Of a DNA stretch of 64,000 bases, positions 26,952 through 36,795 are shown in pieces. This stretch comes from Anaerohalosphaeraceae bacterium. Lineage in GTDB: Bacteria; Planctomycetota; Phycisphaerae; Sedimentisphaerales; Anaerohalosphaeraceae. Within the stretch, counting starts at the first letter, position 1. Each line of letters starts with the position of its first letter. The DNA is taken from NCBI GenBank assembly GCA_963675525.2, contig CAXXSL010000013.1:184253-248252 (forward strand), read 5' to 3'. The notes beneath the pieces were generated by a model. It saw only the letters and a list, made by a program, of their open reading frames with translations, was not told where the DNA came from and did not search any database. Both the position numbers and the translations under genes were made by a program.

Positions 26952-27554
26952 TTATTTTCTTTTGCTTAAAGCTATAAAACCACCCATTGCCATCAAAAAC
27001 ATGGTAGCTGGTTCCGGAATGCAAATGGTATCGATCACCATCTCATCCAGATAAATAGCGCCATAAATGTGTACCAATTCCTCCGGTGGGTTGGGAGTCA
27101 GTACGATTTCATATGTACTGTGATTCCAACCGTCCGGCAATAGAATGGTATCACCAATTTGGCTGCCGTCAACCATAGGCCCGCCCGGTACGGACGCTTC
27201 CAGCAATGGACCACTGCCTTTGGTACGCCAGGTCAATTGAATCCAGATACGTTTTTCATCTAACGGTTCGGGGTAATTCCAGATTGGAACATAAATCTCA
27301 CCTGACAGCGGCCATACGCCCTGCCGGCCCTGATATACATCCAACCACGAATCCCCTGCGAACGGCATCACATCCGCTGGCTGGGGAAAAGGATTGGTGG
27401 TAATATCAGGCAACGGATTAACGTCATTAAGACTGAATTCCCAAATCTGGAGCGTTGAACGCGACGCATCCCTCCACGCAGGTGGATTTAAATCGTCGGC
27501 AAAAAGCGGTAATACGAGCGTTGACAAAAGAAATGTTAATAGAATTTTTTTCAT
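26952..27554 (-). CDS. PEP-CTERM sorting-domain secreted protein
   Basis: Start placed at ATG 27554 (MKKILLTFLLSTLVLPLFA signal peptide, GGAGGG RBS). C-terminus IPEPATMFLMAMGGFIALSKRK has the PEP motif, a TM helix and a basic tail. Confidence 0.75.
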   Translation of the reverse strand: MKKILLTFLLSTLVLPLFADDLNPPAWRDASRSTLQIWEFSLNDVNPLPDITTNPFPQPADVMPFAGDSWLDVYQGRQGVWPLSGEIYVPIWNYPEPLDEKRIWIQLTWRTKGSGPLLEASVPGGPMVDGSQIGDTILLPDGWNHSTYEIVLTPNPPEELVHIYGAIYLDEMVIDTICIPEPATMFLMAMGGFIALSKRK

Positions 27555-27834
27555 CTTTTCCCTCCAAACAAAACCTTGCCTTTTTACTGATGTAAAACGC
27601 TGGTTGATGCTCTCTCCCAAAGCCACATTGCAGCTTTCCCAAATTTTGTATTATTATTTTGGCAGATAACTCGGGATTTGTCAAGAAAAAAAGATAAATA
27701 ACGTAATTAATATTAGGAATATCTACTCGATTAATCTTCTTATAACGGTTTCTTTATATCTATCCAGATCAACGAGGTAACTGAGTTTTGTAAACCCAAA
27801 AAGTGATTTCCTGCACCTGCGAATGAAAATTCAC

Positions 27835-27862
27835 TTGACATTACATACTGACAGCCTATAAT
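27835..27862 (+). promoter_or_regulatory. Consensus sigma70 promoter for pckG
   Basis: TTGACA (27835-27840), 16-nt spacer, TATAAT (27857-27862). Confidence 0.6.
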
Positions 27863-27934
27863 TTCGCGGATTTTGTGCCTATAAAAAACACCGGAACAAT
27901 AACCTAAAGAATATCAGAAAGGGATGGTAGAAAA

Positions 27935-29785
27935 TTGGCGGAAATGATGAGTCTTTTACAGGAAAATATTGACCCGAAAAATCTCGAAAAACTGAATGCA
28001 CTTGGCAATGACCGTTTAAACACCTTCGTAGCCGAGGCCATTGAACTGACGAATCCGGACAGCGTTCTGGTCTTTACCGATTCATCCGAAGACATCGAGA
28101 CACTCCGCAACATGGCGAAAAACGGCGGCGGCGAGCACACCCTGGCCACACCGGGCCATACCTATCACTTTGACGGTCCCAAGGACCAGGCCCGCGACAA
28201 AGCCAACACCAAGTACCTCCTGCCGAAGGGCATGGATCTGGGTGAAAGCCTCAACTCCATGGACAAGACCGAAGGCACCGCCGAAGTCAAAGGCTTTTTG
28301 AAGGATTCATACGTCGGCAAGCAAATGCTGGTATGCTTCTTCTGCCTGGGCCCGACCAATTCGGACTTCTCGATCTCGTGTGCGCAGATCACCGATTCAC
28401 CGTATGTCGCTCACAGCGAAAGCATCCTATACCGCCCCGGCTACGAACAGTTCAAAGCCGCCGGCGACGGATTCTTCCGCTTCCTGCACACCCAGGGCGA
28501 AACCGACGCCAACGGCTGCAGCGTCAATGTTGACAAACGCCGCGTCTATATCGACCTGGAAGACAATATCGTGTACTCGACAAATACCCAGTACGCCGGA
28601 AACACCGTCGGCCTCAAAAAGCTGGCTTTGCGTCTGGCGATCCAGAAATCGTCCAAAGAAGGCTGGCTCGCCGAGCACATGTTCATCATGGGACTCAACG
28701 GCCCGAACGGCCGCAAGACCTACTTTGCCGGTGCATTCCCGTCAGCCTGCGGAAAAACATCGACCGCAATGCTGCCCGGTCAGACCATCATCGGCGACGA
28801 TATCGCCTACTTCCGCAAAAAAAACGGCAAGTTCATGACCGCCAACGTCGAACAGGGTATCTTCGGCATTATTGAAAATGTTAATGCCGATGACGACCCC
28901 GTCATCTTCGAAGCGCTCAACAGCCCCGGCGAAGTCATCTTCGGAAACGTACTGATTGCAGACGGCAAGCCTTACTGGATGGGCATGGGCTCTGACATCA
29001 CCACCAGCGGCACCAACTACCAGGGCGCTTGGGATCCAAGCATGACCGACGTGAATCCCTCGCACAAGAACGCCCGTTACACGATTCGCCTGGATGCACT
29101 GGACAACGTGGACCCCGAACTGGACAACCCCAACGGCGTCGAAGCCGGCGGCATTATCTACGGCGGCCGCGACAGCGACACACAGGTGCCCGTCGAGCAG
29201 GCGTTTAACTGGACCGAGGGCATCATCGCCAAGGGCGCATCCATCGAATCGGAAACCACCGCCGCAACATTGGGCAAAGCAGGCGTGCGAGCCTTCAACA
29301 TTATGGCCAACCAGGACTTCGTCTCGATTCCGCTCGGTCAGTATATCCAGAACAACCTGGACTTCGTCGAAGGCATTAACAACGTCCCGTCGATCTTCTC
29401 GACCAACTACTTCCTCAAGGGCGACGACGGTCAGTTCCTCAACGGCAAACTCGACAAGATGATCTGGGTCTTGTGGGCCGAGCTGCGGGTCAACGGCGAT
29501 GTGGAAGCCATCAAGACGCCAACCGGCTGGATTCCCAAATATGAGGACCTCGCGCCGCTGTTCAAAGAAAAACTGAACAAGGAATACAGCAAGGACGATT
29601 ACGTCAAGCAGTTTACGATTCGCATTCCGAATCTGCTGGCCAAGTACGACCGCGTCGAAGCCATCTACAAGGCAAAGGTCGCCGATACGCCGCAGATCGT
29701 GTACGACACCTTCGCGGCCATTCGCAAACGACTCAAAGACACGCAGGCCGAAAAAGGCGACAACATCAGCCCCCTCGACCTGTAA
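27935..29785 (+). CDS. pckG: Phosphoenolpyruvate carboxykinase (GTP)
   Basis: 616 aa with GTP-PEPCK motifs FPSACGKTS, GDDIAYF and NARYT. The track start is TTG 27935. ATGs at 27944 and 27947 are alternatives. Confidence 0.93.
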   Translation: MAEMMSLLQENIDPKNLEKLNALGNDRLNTFVAEAIELTNPDSVLVFTDSSEDIETLRNMAKNGGGEHTLATPGHTYHFDGPKDQARDKANTKYLLPKGMDLGESLNSMDKTEGTAEVKGFLKDSYVGKQMLVCFFCLGPTNSDFSISCAQITDSPYVAHSESILYRPGYEQFKAAGDGFFRFLHTQGETDANGCSVNVDKRRVYIDLEDNIVYSTNTQYAGNTVGLKKLALRLAIQKSSKEGWLAEHMFIMGLNGPNGRKTYFAGAFPSACGKTSTAMLPGQTIIGDDIAYFRKKNGKFMTANVEQGIFGIIENVNADDDPVIFEALNSPGEVIFGNVLIADGKPYWMGMGSDITTSGTNYQGAWDPSMTDVNPSHKNARYTIRLDALDNVDPELDNPNGVEAGGIIYGGRDSDTQVPVEQAFNWTEGIIAKGASIESETTAATLGKAGVRAFNIMANQDFVSIPLGQYIQNNLDFVEGINNVPSIFSTNYFLKGDDGQFLNGKLDKMIWVLWAELRVNGDVEAIKTPTGWIPKYEDLAPLFKEKLNKEYSKDDYVKQFTIRIPNLLAKYDRVEAIYKAKVADTPQIVYDTFAAIRKRLKDTQAEKGDNISPLDL

Positions 29786-29812
29786 TGGGAACGCGGGCGT
29801 CTCGCCCGCATA

Positions 29813-29841
29813 TAAAAACGCCATGGCGCAAGCCATGCGAA
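29813..29841 (-). repeat. 29-nt hairpin repeat (copy 2), terminator-like on the minus strand downstream of the HAD gene
   Basis: Identical to 24400-24428. Directly adjacent to a 27-nt palindromic module (29785-29811) that also recurs at 24643-24669 in inverted orientation with 2 mismatches. Confidence 0.7.
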
Positions 29842-29857
29842 CAAAGAACCATTGTGC

Positions 29858-29890
29858 AGCACGGTCAGGTTATCCTGCCCGTGCTTTTTT
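29858..29890 (+). terminator. Rho-independent terminator after pckG
   Basis: AGCACGGTCAGG-TTAT-CCTGCCCGTGCT (one mismatch) followed by TTTTTT. Confidence 0.7.
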
Positions 29891-29914
29891 ATTTGCTTTC
29901 TAATGCAAAAGTTC

Positions 29915-30595
29915 TTACAGATAGTCTAATATCTGTTCAATATTGGAAATGACATGATCGGCAATTTTCTTTCTTTCTTCGATGACTTCGGGCCACTGAC
30001 GTGATATGATTTCAGTCGTCAATACCGTTTTCATCCCGACCGCCTTAGCGCCGACAAGTTCATTCGAGTTGCCGTCCCCGACAAAGAGCGACTCGTTGGC
30101 TTGTACATTCAGCCTGTCAAGACAGATTTGATAGATCTGTTTCTGCGGTTTCATGCAGCCGACATCGCAGGAGAAAACCGTCGCATCAAACTTCCCGCTT
30201 AACGGGCTTTTATCCCAGCCCTTTCGTTCCGGCCAGTCGGCATTACTGCACAGCGCCGTCAAAACGTCAGCCTGACGGATCCGATCCAGGGTTTGCAGGA
30301 CATGCGGCTGTACCGCAATTATTGCCGCGGCAAAACGTTTTTCTCTTGTCTGTGCTGCTTGTGTAATTCTGTCGTGCGGAACATCATAGCCGCCCAGCTT
30401 AACCAGTTCAGCAATGATTTGTACCGTATCCGTCATCCGCCCGCAAAGCCGTTCTTCGGACCGCTCGAAAACCAGCCTGTTCCACTGCTCCTCCGGTATT
30501 CCAAGAATCTCCGCCGTCGAAGGACCCGAAACACCGTCCGTTTTAACACTGACCAAGGTATGAAAGAGGTCAAAAACAATCGCTTTGGGTTTCAT
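29915..30595 (-). CDS. HAD-superfamily hydrolase
   Basis: 226 aa. Motif I AIVFDLFHTL (DxxxT variant), motif III/IV region VGDGNSNELVGAKAVGM. Confidence 0.75.
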   Translation of the reverse strand: MKPKAIVFDLFHTLVSVKTDGVSGPSTAEILGIPEEQWNRLVFERSEERLCGRMTDTVQIIAELVKLGGYDVPHDRITQAAQTREKRFAAAIIAVQPHVLQTLDRIRQADVLTALCSNADWPERKGWDKSPLSGKFDATVFSCDVGCMKPQKQIYQICLDRLNVQANESLFVGDGNSNELVGAKAVGMKTVLTTEIISRQWPEVIEERKKIADHVISNIEQILDYL

Positions 30596-30608
30596 TACTT
30601 TTCTATGC

Positions 30609-31169
30609 TTATTTTGCCGGGATTTTGATCATTGTGCCGATGACGAGATTTTTGGCTGCGGCAACCTCCGGATTCAATGCCTCGATCTCTTTGTAGCGGG
30701 CGCCGTTGTCGAGTTCATTGGCGGCGATCTTCCAGAAACTGTCGCCGTCCTTGATGGTGTATTCTCTAACACCGGCGGGTAGTGGTGTTGCGGGTTTTGA
30801 AACTCCCGGCCTTTGCGGTGCCGCTGTTACGGCGGGAGCGGCCGAGGCCGATTGAGGCAACTGGCTTAAGGCCTGCTTGAGTACTGCCTGGGTTCGTCCG
30901 AGTTCTGTTTTGGCCCGTGTCAGTTCCGCATTCAGCCGCGTGGTATCATTCCGGGACCTGCTCAGATCACCCTTGAGTTTGGAGATTTCGGCATTGGCCT
31001 TCGTTAGGTCATCCTGCGTCTGTAACTGGCCCGTCTGTAACTGGTCGATCATCGCATTAGCCTGGCTGATCTTCGATTGAGCCGCCCAATACCCGATGCC
31101 CGTTCCGCCGGCCAGCCCAACCAGCACGACGACGGCATAGATGACTGCCTGCTTGGTCATTTTGTCCAC
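30609..31169 (-). CDS. Membrane-anchored coiled-coil protein with C-terminal LysM domain
   Basis: 186 aa. N-terminal TM (AVIYAVVVLVGLAGG), heptad-rich middle, C-terminal LysM (YTIKDGDSFWKIAANEL...YKEIEALNP...IGTMIKIP). Confidence 0.75.
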   Translation of the reverse strand: MDKMTKQAVIYAVVVLVGLAGGTGIGYWAAQSKISQANAMIDQLQTGQLQTQDDLTKANAEISKLKGDLSRSRNDTTRLNAELTRAKTELGRTQAVLKQALSQLPQSASAAPAVTAAPQRPGVSKPATPLPAGVREYTIKDGDSFWKIAANELDNGARYKEIEALNPEVAAAKNLVIGTMIKIPAK

Positions 31170-31841
31170 TCCTTAAATATTTCTGCCAAATTACATCTGC
31201 AAATTCTAACCGCCATCCATCCCAGAATCAAGCAATTTAAACCGCCATACCTGCACCAAAGAGACAAAATCAGAATTAATGCACCCGTTGCTCTCGATTT
31301 TCAGGAAAATTTTGCACCGGCTGAACATAACGCTGTTTCTTTTCGTAGAAACAGGGTTGATGCCGCCTGTTTTTCGGTTGAGACGTTCACAAGTCAATAA
31401 CCACTCAAGAGATATTATCGGAGACACGACTATGAAGCAGCTTGGAAAATCACGGGGCCATACGCACCCCCGCAAACAATCACTGCGGCTGCCCGCCGAA
31501 TGGGTCAAACACAACTACGCCGCAGACCTGAATAACCAAAAACTCTTAAAAAGGAGCACCCCTAAATAAACCGTTAAACACACCCTGAATGTGCCTGTGA
31601 AAACTGTGCTTACGGACAGAAGGCAGCGGTTGTTACTCTGTGAAAAGGTAATCCCGGAGGGATGGCGATATCGTAGCCGCCCGATTAAACCCCCGGAATA
31701 GAGGGCCTCTCCCTCCCTTTAAGCCCCAAAGGGGCGATATAAGAGAAGCTTTTCTCCAGAGCAAGCGGTTGTGTTTTTTGCGCATAAAAAAAGCCTCAAC
31801 CCGGGGTTGAAGCTTGGAATTTACATTTTTCAGAGTAAACG

Positions 31842-32510
31842 TTACATCCGCCAATCGAGGGGGTAATGGATACTGCGAGGGCTGATGTCGAATGTCCGGC
31901 TCAGGGACTCGGCCAGTGCGTCCGTCCGCTGCAGTTGGTTGTCGGTCACCCCGTCGCTTCGCCGGTCCGATATCACACAAATCCGTATCGTCCCGGACTT
32001 GCTGCCGCAGGGCTGCTGTTTGGCCCAGAAGTCGGCCGCCTGGACCTGACCGTCGTCACCGCCCTTGCCGTTGCAGACCACAAAATGGACATCCGCCGAA
32101 CCGCCATCTGCCAATCCGGTCAGCAACGCCAGTTCACCAACATTTCCGCCGCCGGTCTTGCTGTAAACGATCTCGATCCGGTTCCACTGGACCGCCTCGG
32201 TCCGGATCGTATTGCGAACCACCTCTTCAACGGGGTCCAGACGAAGATAACTCGACAGACTGTAAGCCCCCGCGCTGGGACCGTTATGGTCCAGTGACAT
32301 CAGCACCAGAGCACCTACGGTCATCGAGGCGATTAGTGAAAAGAGTACTGCGATATTTCTGTTTTGACCAGCCATGTTCATCCCTGATTCTGATTCATTC
32401 ATCCCACCGGGGTAAGTGGGCGTACTTCGGTCTATCCCTGACACCATTATACTATGTATTTCGGTAGGATGCATGAGTTTTGTATAAAGTTTTCTAATTT
32501 TTTCTGTCAT
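31842..32510 (-). CDS. Hypothetical membrane-anchored protein, possibly amidase_2/PGRP-like
   Basis: 222 aa with a TM segment (IAVLFSLIASMTVGALVLM). The segment WNRIEIVYS...DVHFVVCNG resembles the N-acetylmuramoyl-L-alanine amidase (amidase_2) fold. Weak, from memory. Start uncertain. Confidence 0.4.
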   Translation of the reverse strand: MTEKIRKLYTKLMHPTEIHSIMVSGIDRSTPTYPGGMNESESGMNMAGQNRNIAVLFSLIASMTVGALVLMSLDHNGPSAGAYSLSSYLRLDPVEEVVRNTIRTEAVQWNRIEIVYSKTGGGNVGELALLTGLADGGSADVHFVVCNGKGGDDGQVQAADFWAKQQPCGSKSGTIRICVISDRRSDGVTDNQLQRTDALAESLSRTFDISPRSIHYPLDWRM

Positions 32511-32749
32511 TCCATATAAAACTTACGAAATATATCGGCAGATATACCGAGTAAAAACGCTTCGTGTCCGGATTTGCTCTCGCATTTTGTAAAAAGATTG
32601 GTACACTATTAACGATTATAACGGTAACAAGACGTTTCGGACACTTGTGACGGACCGAATCGACCAAACGCCGCCGGCAGCCTTTGTGAACGGAGCGGCC
32701 GGATAGATCAAAATTATGAAATACTGGCATAATATTATAAGGAGTTATC

Positions 32750-33451
32750 ATGTCTGAATTAGACGTCATTCGTCAAATCGCTCAACAGGTACTCAGCGTA
32801 CCGACGCTGACAGGGATACAGGATAACTGGTTATGGGACCGCACCCTGCGTATTCTCCGCAATGTTGAACATATCTGCAGGATGCCCGAACTGACCGAAC
32901 AGGCGATGTCGATCGACCGGTTCTGCCTGATCGCGGCGGCTTATTTTTCCGATTCGGGCTTTGCTCACTTCACCGATGCTGAAAATGTCTCGGCGCGGTT
33001 GGTGCTGGCTGACATCAGCCTTTCGGACCTGTGTGATTTCTCCACCCAGATCGTTTCGGACCGTCTGTCCGGAGCCCTGGCCGGGCCGCGCATCGACAAG
33101 ATCAATAAGATCATCGTCGAATCCTCCAACCGCTTCACGCATATGACCGAAGCAATGATTCTCTCGGACGCTCGAAATCTGGACGACATGGGTGCGGTGG
33201 GCCTTTTTCACGAGTTCCGCCGCTATGTCATTCACGGCAAAGGCGTTTCGGATGTTATGGATAACTGGAAACGCAAGATCGACTACCGCTACTGGCAGGC
33301 CCGTCTGAAGGAAAGCTTTCGCTTTGAGACTTCGCGCAAGCTGGCCGAACAGAGGTTCAGTGCCGCCGAGTACTTCATGAATCAACTGAATGTCGAAAAT
33401 GCCGCCAAAGACTTGGAGGAACTGCTGCTCGAATCACTGGACAAACGTTAA
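32750..33451 (+). CDS. HD-domain-like protein (degenerate metal motif)
   Basis: 233 aa. RTLRILRNVEHI...LIAAAYFSDSGF...ILSDARNLDDMGAVGLF follows the HD-domain layout, but the HD dyad position reads SD. Confidence 0.45.
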   Translation: MSELDVIRQIAQQVLSVPTLTGIQDNWLWDRTLRILRNVEHICRMPELTEQAMSIDRFCLIAAAYFSDSGFAHFTDAENVSARLVLADISLSDLCDFSTQIVSDRLSGALAGPRIDKINKIIVESSNRFTHMTEAMILSDARNLDDMGAVGLFHEFRRYVIHGKGVSDVMDNWKRKIDYRYWQARLKESFRFETSRKLAEQRFSAAEYFMNQLNVENAAKDLEELLLESLDKR

Positions 33452-33472
33452 CAATTAAGAAAGTCTGATAAT

Positions 33473-33994
33473 ATGGAAAGTAAAAAAGTAACCGCCATTT
33501 TTCCCGGCTCGTTCGACCCCATCACCAATGGCCACCTCGACGTCATCCGAAGGGGCAACAAGCTCTTCGACAATCTGGTGATCGCCGTCGGACAGAATCC
33601 GGGTAAATCTGAATTCTTCACTAAGGACGAGCGTATACGGATGATCCGGGAGCTGACCGCCGACATGCCGCGGGTCACCGTTCAAACCTACGACTGCCTG
33701 ACCGTCAAGTTTGCCGCCGACATCAAAGCCGATGTCATGCTCCGGGGCCTGCGAAACCTCAGCGACGTCGCATACGAATTCCAGTTGGCGATGACCAACC
33801 GAACGGTCGCCGGCATCGAAACCGTTTTCGTCATGACCAGCGAAGAATACGGCTATGTCAACTCCACCATGGTTCGCCAGATCGCCCTGCTCGGAGGTGA
33901 CGTCTCAAAATTAATCCCAGAATCCGTCTATCAGCAATTGCGAGAGAAAATTAATAAAACATCTCACACAATAGACACCGACGTCCCTGAATGA
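33473..33994 (+). CDS. coaD: Phosphopantetheine adenylyltransferase
   Basis: 173 aa. AIFPGSFDPITNGHLDVIRRG and VRGLR..SD.EYE are canonical CoaD. Confidence 0.9.
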   Translation: MESKKVTAIFPGSFDPITNGHLDVIRRGNKLFDNLVIAVGQNPGKSEFFTKDERIRMIRELTADMPRVTVQTYDCLTVKFAADIKADVMLRGLRNLSDVAYEFQLAMTNRTVAGIETVFVMTSEEYGYVNSTMVRQIALLGGDVSKLIPESVYQQLREKINKTSHTIDTDVPE

Positions 33995-34046
33995 CGGCCA
34001 GGCGTCCGAAAAAGGCGGCACTTGAAATAAAGATAAAGGAGCTGGC

Positions 34047-34412
34047 ATGTTTACAATCTTTTTGACAACCGCATTTACGGCACCGCATCAATTGACATTT
34101 TCTAACGGCACACAGGAACCCCTGCACGAACACGAATGGAAGGTCTGTGCCGCCGTTTCTGCCGATAAATTGAATGCCGAAGACCTTGTTATGGACTTTG
34201 AGGAGCTTAAACTCCTGCTTGAAGGCGCCCTGCAGGACTTTCGCAACAAACGGCTCGAAACCATCCCCCTTTTCGAGCACCGAAACACCTCGGCGGAAAA
34301 CCTCGCCCGCATCCTGTACCAGCAAATCGCCCCCAGACTGCCGGATACCGTTTGTCTGGATTATGTCGAGGTCACAGAAGCGGCTAATTGTCGAGCCCGT
34401 TACTCAATTTAA
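34047..34412 (+). CDS. queD: 6-carboxytetrahydropterin synthase / PTPS-family protein (QueD-like)
   Basis: 121 aa. F.A.HQL, the zinc-ligand pattern LHEHEW, and DLVMDFEELK are typical of the PTPS/QueD fold. Confidence 0.7.
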   Translation: MFTIFLTTAFTAPHQLTFSNGTQEPLHEHEWKVCAAVSADKLNAEDLVMDFEELKLLLEGALQDFRNKRLETIPLFEHRNTSAENLARILYQQIAPRLPDTVCLDYVEVTEAANCRARYSI

Positions 34413-34502
34413 TCTGTTTCTGTTTCAGATGGGGTGCTTTTTCGTCGATATTACAATATTCCTGTGTTATAATAGATTTCGATATTCTGTAAGGAAAAAA
34501 TA

Positions 34503-34997
34503 ATGCTTTGTCAAAACTGCAAAGAACATACAGCAACCGTACACCTAACCGAAATGTCCGACGGACAGCGGAGCGAAACGCATTTGTGTCAGCAGTGCGC
34601 CCAGCAGCAGGGACTGGCCATCAAAACACAGATTCCCCTGAACGAACTACTCGGCACGCTGCTCAGTACCCAGCCGGAAAGCGGCGAGAAAAAAAACTCC
34701 CCTGCCGCCGAACACCCGTGCCCGAATTGCGGAATGACGCTTAAACGCTTTTCAAAAGAAAGCCTGCTCGGCTGTCCGCATGATTACACGGAATTTGAGC
34801 ATGAATTGAAGCCCCTGATCGAGCAGACCCAAAACGGAAAAGACCATCACTGCGGCAAAGTCCCGTCCCGCATCCCGAAAGAAGACCGTCAGGATGCCGA
34901 GCTGATCAAGCTGAACCGTCAGTTGGACGTTGCCGTCAAAAATGAAGATTACGAAACCGCCGCAAGATTGCGGGATCAGATAAAGTCATGCACATGA
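34503..34997 (+). CDS. mcsA: Protein-arginine kinase activator McsA (zinc fingers plus UVR motif)
   Basis: 164 aa. CQNC...CQQC and CPNC...GCPHDY zinc-finger pairs. C-terminal UVR motif LNRQLDVAVKNEDYETAARLRDQIK. Overlaps the mcsB start. Confidence 0.8.
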   Translation: MLCQNCKEHTATVHLTEMSDGQRSETHLCQQCAQQQGLAIKTQIPLNELLGTLLSTQPESGEKKNSPAAEHPCPNCGMTLKRFSKESLLGCPHDYTEFEHELKPLIEQTQNGKDHHCGKVPSRIPKEDRQDAELIKLNRQLDVAVKNEDYETAARLRDQIKSCT

Positions 34998-36052
34998 GAC
35001 CGGCCGATTTATGTCAATATCCAAGTTCGTGGTTTGCGGGAGGAACCGATATTCTCTCCGAGGTGGTCATCTCCTCGCGCATTCGGCTGGCTCGCAATAT
35101 TGCCGGCTATGAGTTTCTTTCCTGCCTGTCGCCCGACCGCCAGCAGCAGTTGCTGGATCGCATCAAAGAGACGCTTTTGTCGCTGGACCTCGGCGGCAAG
35201 GTGGATTATGTTGACATCGACCATGCCTCGGACATCGAACGCAGTCTGTTTGTCGAACGGCATCTTATCAGTCAGCGGCACGCCAAAGGGACCGGCCCGC
35301 GCGGTGTCGTGATCGCCAAAGACGAAGCGTTCACGGCGATGATCAACGAAGAAGATCATCTGCGTATCCAGGTCTATGCGGCCGGACTGCAATTGCATGC
35401 CTGTTGGGAACGCATCAACCGCATCGACGATGCGATCGAGCAAAAACTTGACTATTCATTTGACATCCGGCGAGGATACCTGACCGCCTGCCCGACAAAT
35501 CTGGGCACCGGCATCCGCGTCTCCGTGATGCTGCATCTGCCCGCGCTGAAAATGACCGGCCAGATCGAAAAATTCATGCAGGCCGCACGCGACTGCAATC
35601 TGGCTGTTCGCGGCCTCTTCGGCGAAGGCACCGAAGCCGTCGGCGATTTCTTCCAGTTGTCCAACCAGGTCACGCTCGGCGTCAGCGAAAAACAGATCGT
35701 CGATGACTTCACTGAGCGGATCGTTCCGAAGATCATCGCTTATGAAGCCGAAGCCCGCAAAACTCTGCTGGAGAAAAAGCCCCACGCACTGGACGACAAG
35801 ATCCAGCGGGCATTGGGTGTGCTGCGAAGCGCCTGCCTGATCAGTTCGCAGGAAGCCCTCTTTTTGTTGAGCAATGTACGTCTGGGCGTCAATGTCGGCC
35901 GGGTCAAGGATATCAGCCTGTCCACCGTCAACGAGTTGTTCATGCTGACTCAGCCGGCCCATTTGCAGTTACGTGCCGGTAAGATCCTCAACGCCGATCA
36001 GCGCGATACACTCCGCGCCGAGATTATCCGGTCCCGTATGAACCGAAACTAA
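34988..36052 (+). CDS. mcsB: Protein arginine kinase McsB (ATP:guanido phosphotransferase family)
   Basis: 354 aa. SSRIRLARNI..Y.F, EEDHLRIQ, and YLTACPTNLGTGIRVSVMLHLPAL are phosphagen-kinase catalytic-domain signatures. Confidence 0.9.
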   Translation: MHMRPADLCQYPSSWFAGGTDILSEVVISSRIRLARNIAGYEFLSCLSPDRQQQLLDRIKETLLSLDLGGKVDYVDIDHASDIERSLFVERHLISQRHAKGTGPRGVVIAKDEAFTAMINEEDHLRIQVYAAGLQLHACWERINRIDDAIEQKLDYSFDIRRGYLTACPTNLGTGIRVSVMLHLPALKMTGQIEKFMQAARDCNLAVRGLFGEGTEAVGDFFQLSNQVTLGVSEKQIVDDFTERIVPKIIAYEAEARKTLLEKKPHALDDKIQRALGVLRSACLISSQEALFLLSNVRLGVNVGRVKDISLSTVNELFMLTQPAHLQLRAGKILNADQRDTLRAEIIRSRMNRN

Positions 36053-36093
36053 AGCTCTTGGAACCCATATCTTTGAAACCCCCGATTTGACCG

Positions 36094-36651
36094 TTACGTT
36101 TTGACCAGAAAAATCATGCTAACGGCAAACAGCACCAGACCGCCGGCGATCGTTACCCAGCCTTTGGTCCGCTGCTTTTTCCACTTGGTCAGGCTCTGGG
36201 TGTATATCGGAGCCATCGCCGAATTACCGTTCTCTGATACCTCTCGCATGTTTTCCAGGACTTCTTTGTTTGGCAGATACTGTTGGATGATCAGCGTATC
36301 CTGGGACATGACGTGTTCGTCGATCTTTTCCTTGGCAATGAGATCATATTGAATGCCGCCCTTGGCCTGATCGAATCGGGCGGTGACAAAGTTGACATAG
36401 GGATCCTTTTTGGCCCGCTCAACCCATACCTGGCGGTCGGCGGCACTGAGGCCGAACGCGACCGGAAACAGCCGTTTTTTCTTGATCTTGATGCCGGTCG
36501 AGACCACGAAAATTGAGATCACAAACAGCACCCACAGCAAAATTCTCACGCCCCGGCTGGTTTTTCGTTTGACAGGGACCCGGACAGAAGTCTCGTCCGG
36601 GGTCGATAACGACACTGCAGGCTCTGAAACATTTTCGACAGGTTCCGGCAT
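36094..36651 (-). CDS. Hypothetical membrane protein
   Basis: 185 aa with one TM near the N-terminus (ILLWVLFVISIFVVSTGI) and one at the C-terminus (WVTIAGGLVLFAVSMIFLV). Confidence 0.45.
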   Translation of the reverse strand: MPEPVENVSEPAVSLSTPDETSVRVPVKRKTSRGVRILLWVLFVISIFVVSTGIKIKKKRLFPVAFGLSAADRQVWVERAKKDPYVNFVTARFDQAKGGIQYDLIAKEKIDEHVMSQDTLIIQQYLPNKEVLENMREVSENGNSAMAPIYTQSLTKWKKQRTKGWVTIAGGLVLFAVSMIFLVKT

Positions 36652-36795
36652 AAATAATCTCCTTTAGATAAACCATTTAAGCTGATGTACAGTATACCTT
36701 TTCCCCGGAAAACAGGCAATTAAAAAGACCAAAGAAGTTTCCGGGTGTTATATACTGCGATCGGGCGGCTCTGTAATCTGAGAGATAATATTTGC

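Noticed and set aside
28742-29836. 364-aa ORF antisense to pckG. Similar long antisense ORFs occur at 37526-38605, 62546-63994, 48341-49216, 7597-8292, 8898-9674, 59877-60491 and 60473-61387.
   Set aside because: Each lies entirely opposite a gene with unambiguous family signatures. Their translations are low-complexity (rich in R, G, A, V, D, F) with no motifs. These are typical shadow ORFs in GC-biased coding sequence.
31432-31569. 46-codon highly basic ORF (MKQLGKSRGHTHPRKQSLRLPAEW...) in the 670-bp spacer after the LysM gene.
   Set aside because: No convincing RBS and no recognisable family. The surrounding spacer also contains REP-like palindromes (31640-31760). Evidence is insufficient to call a gene.
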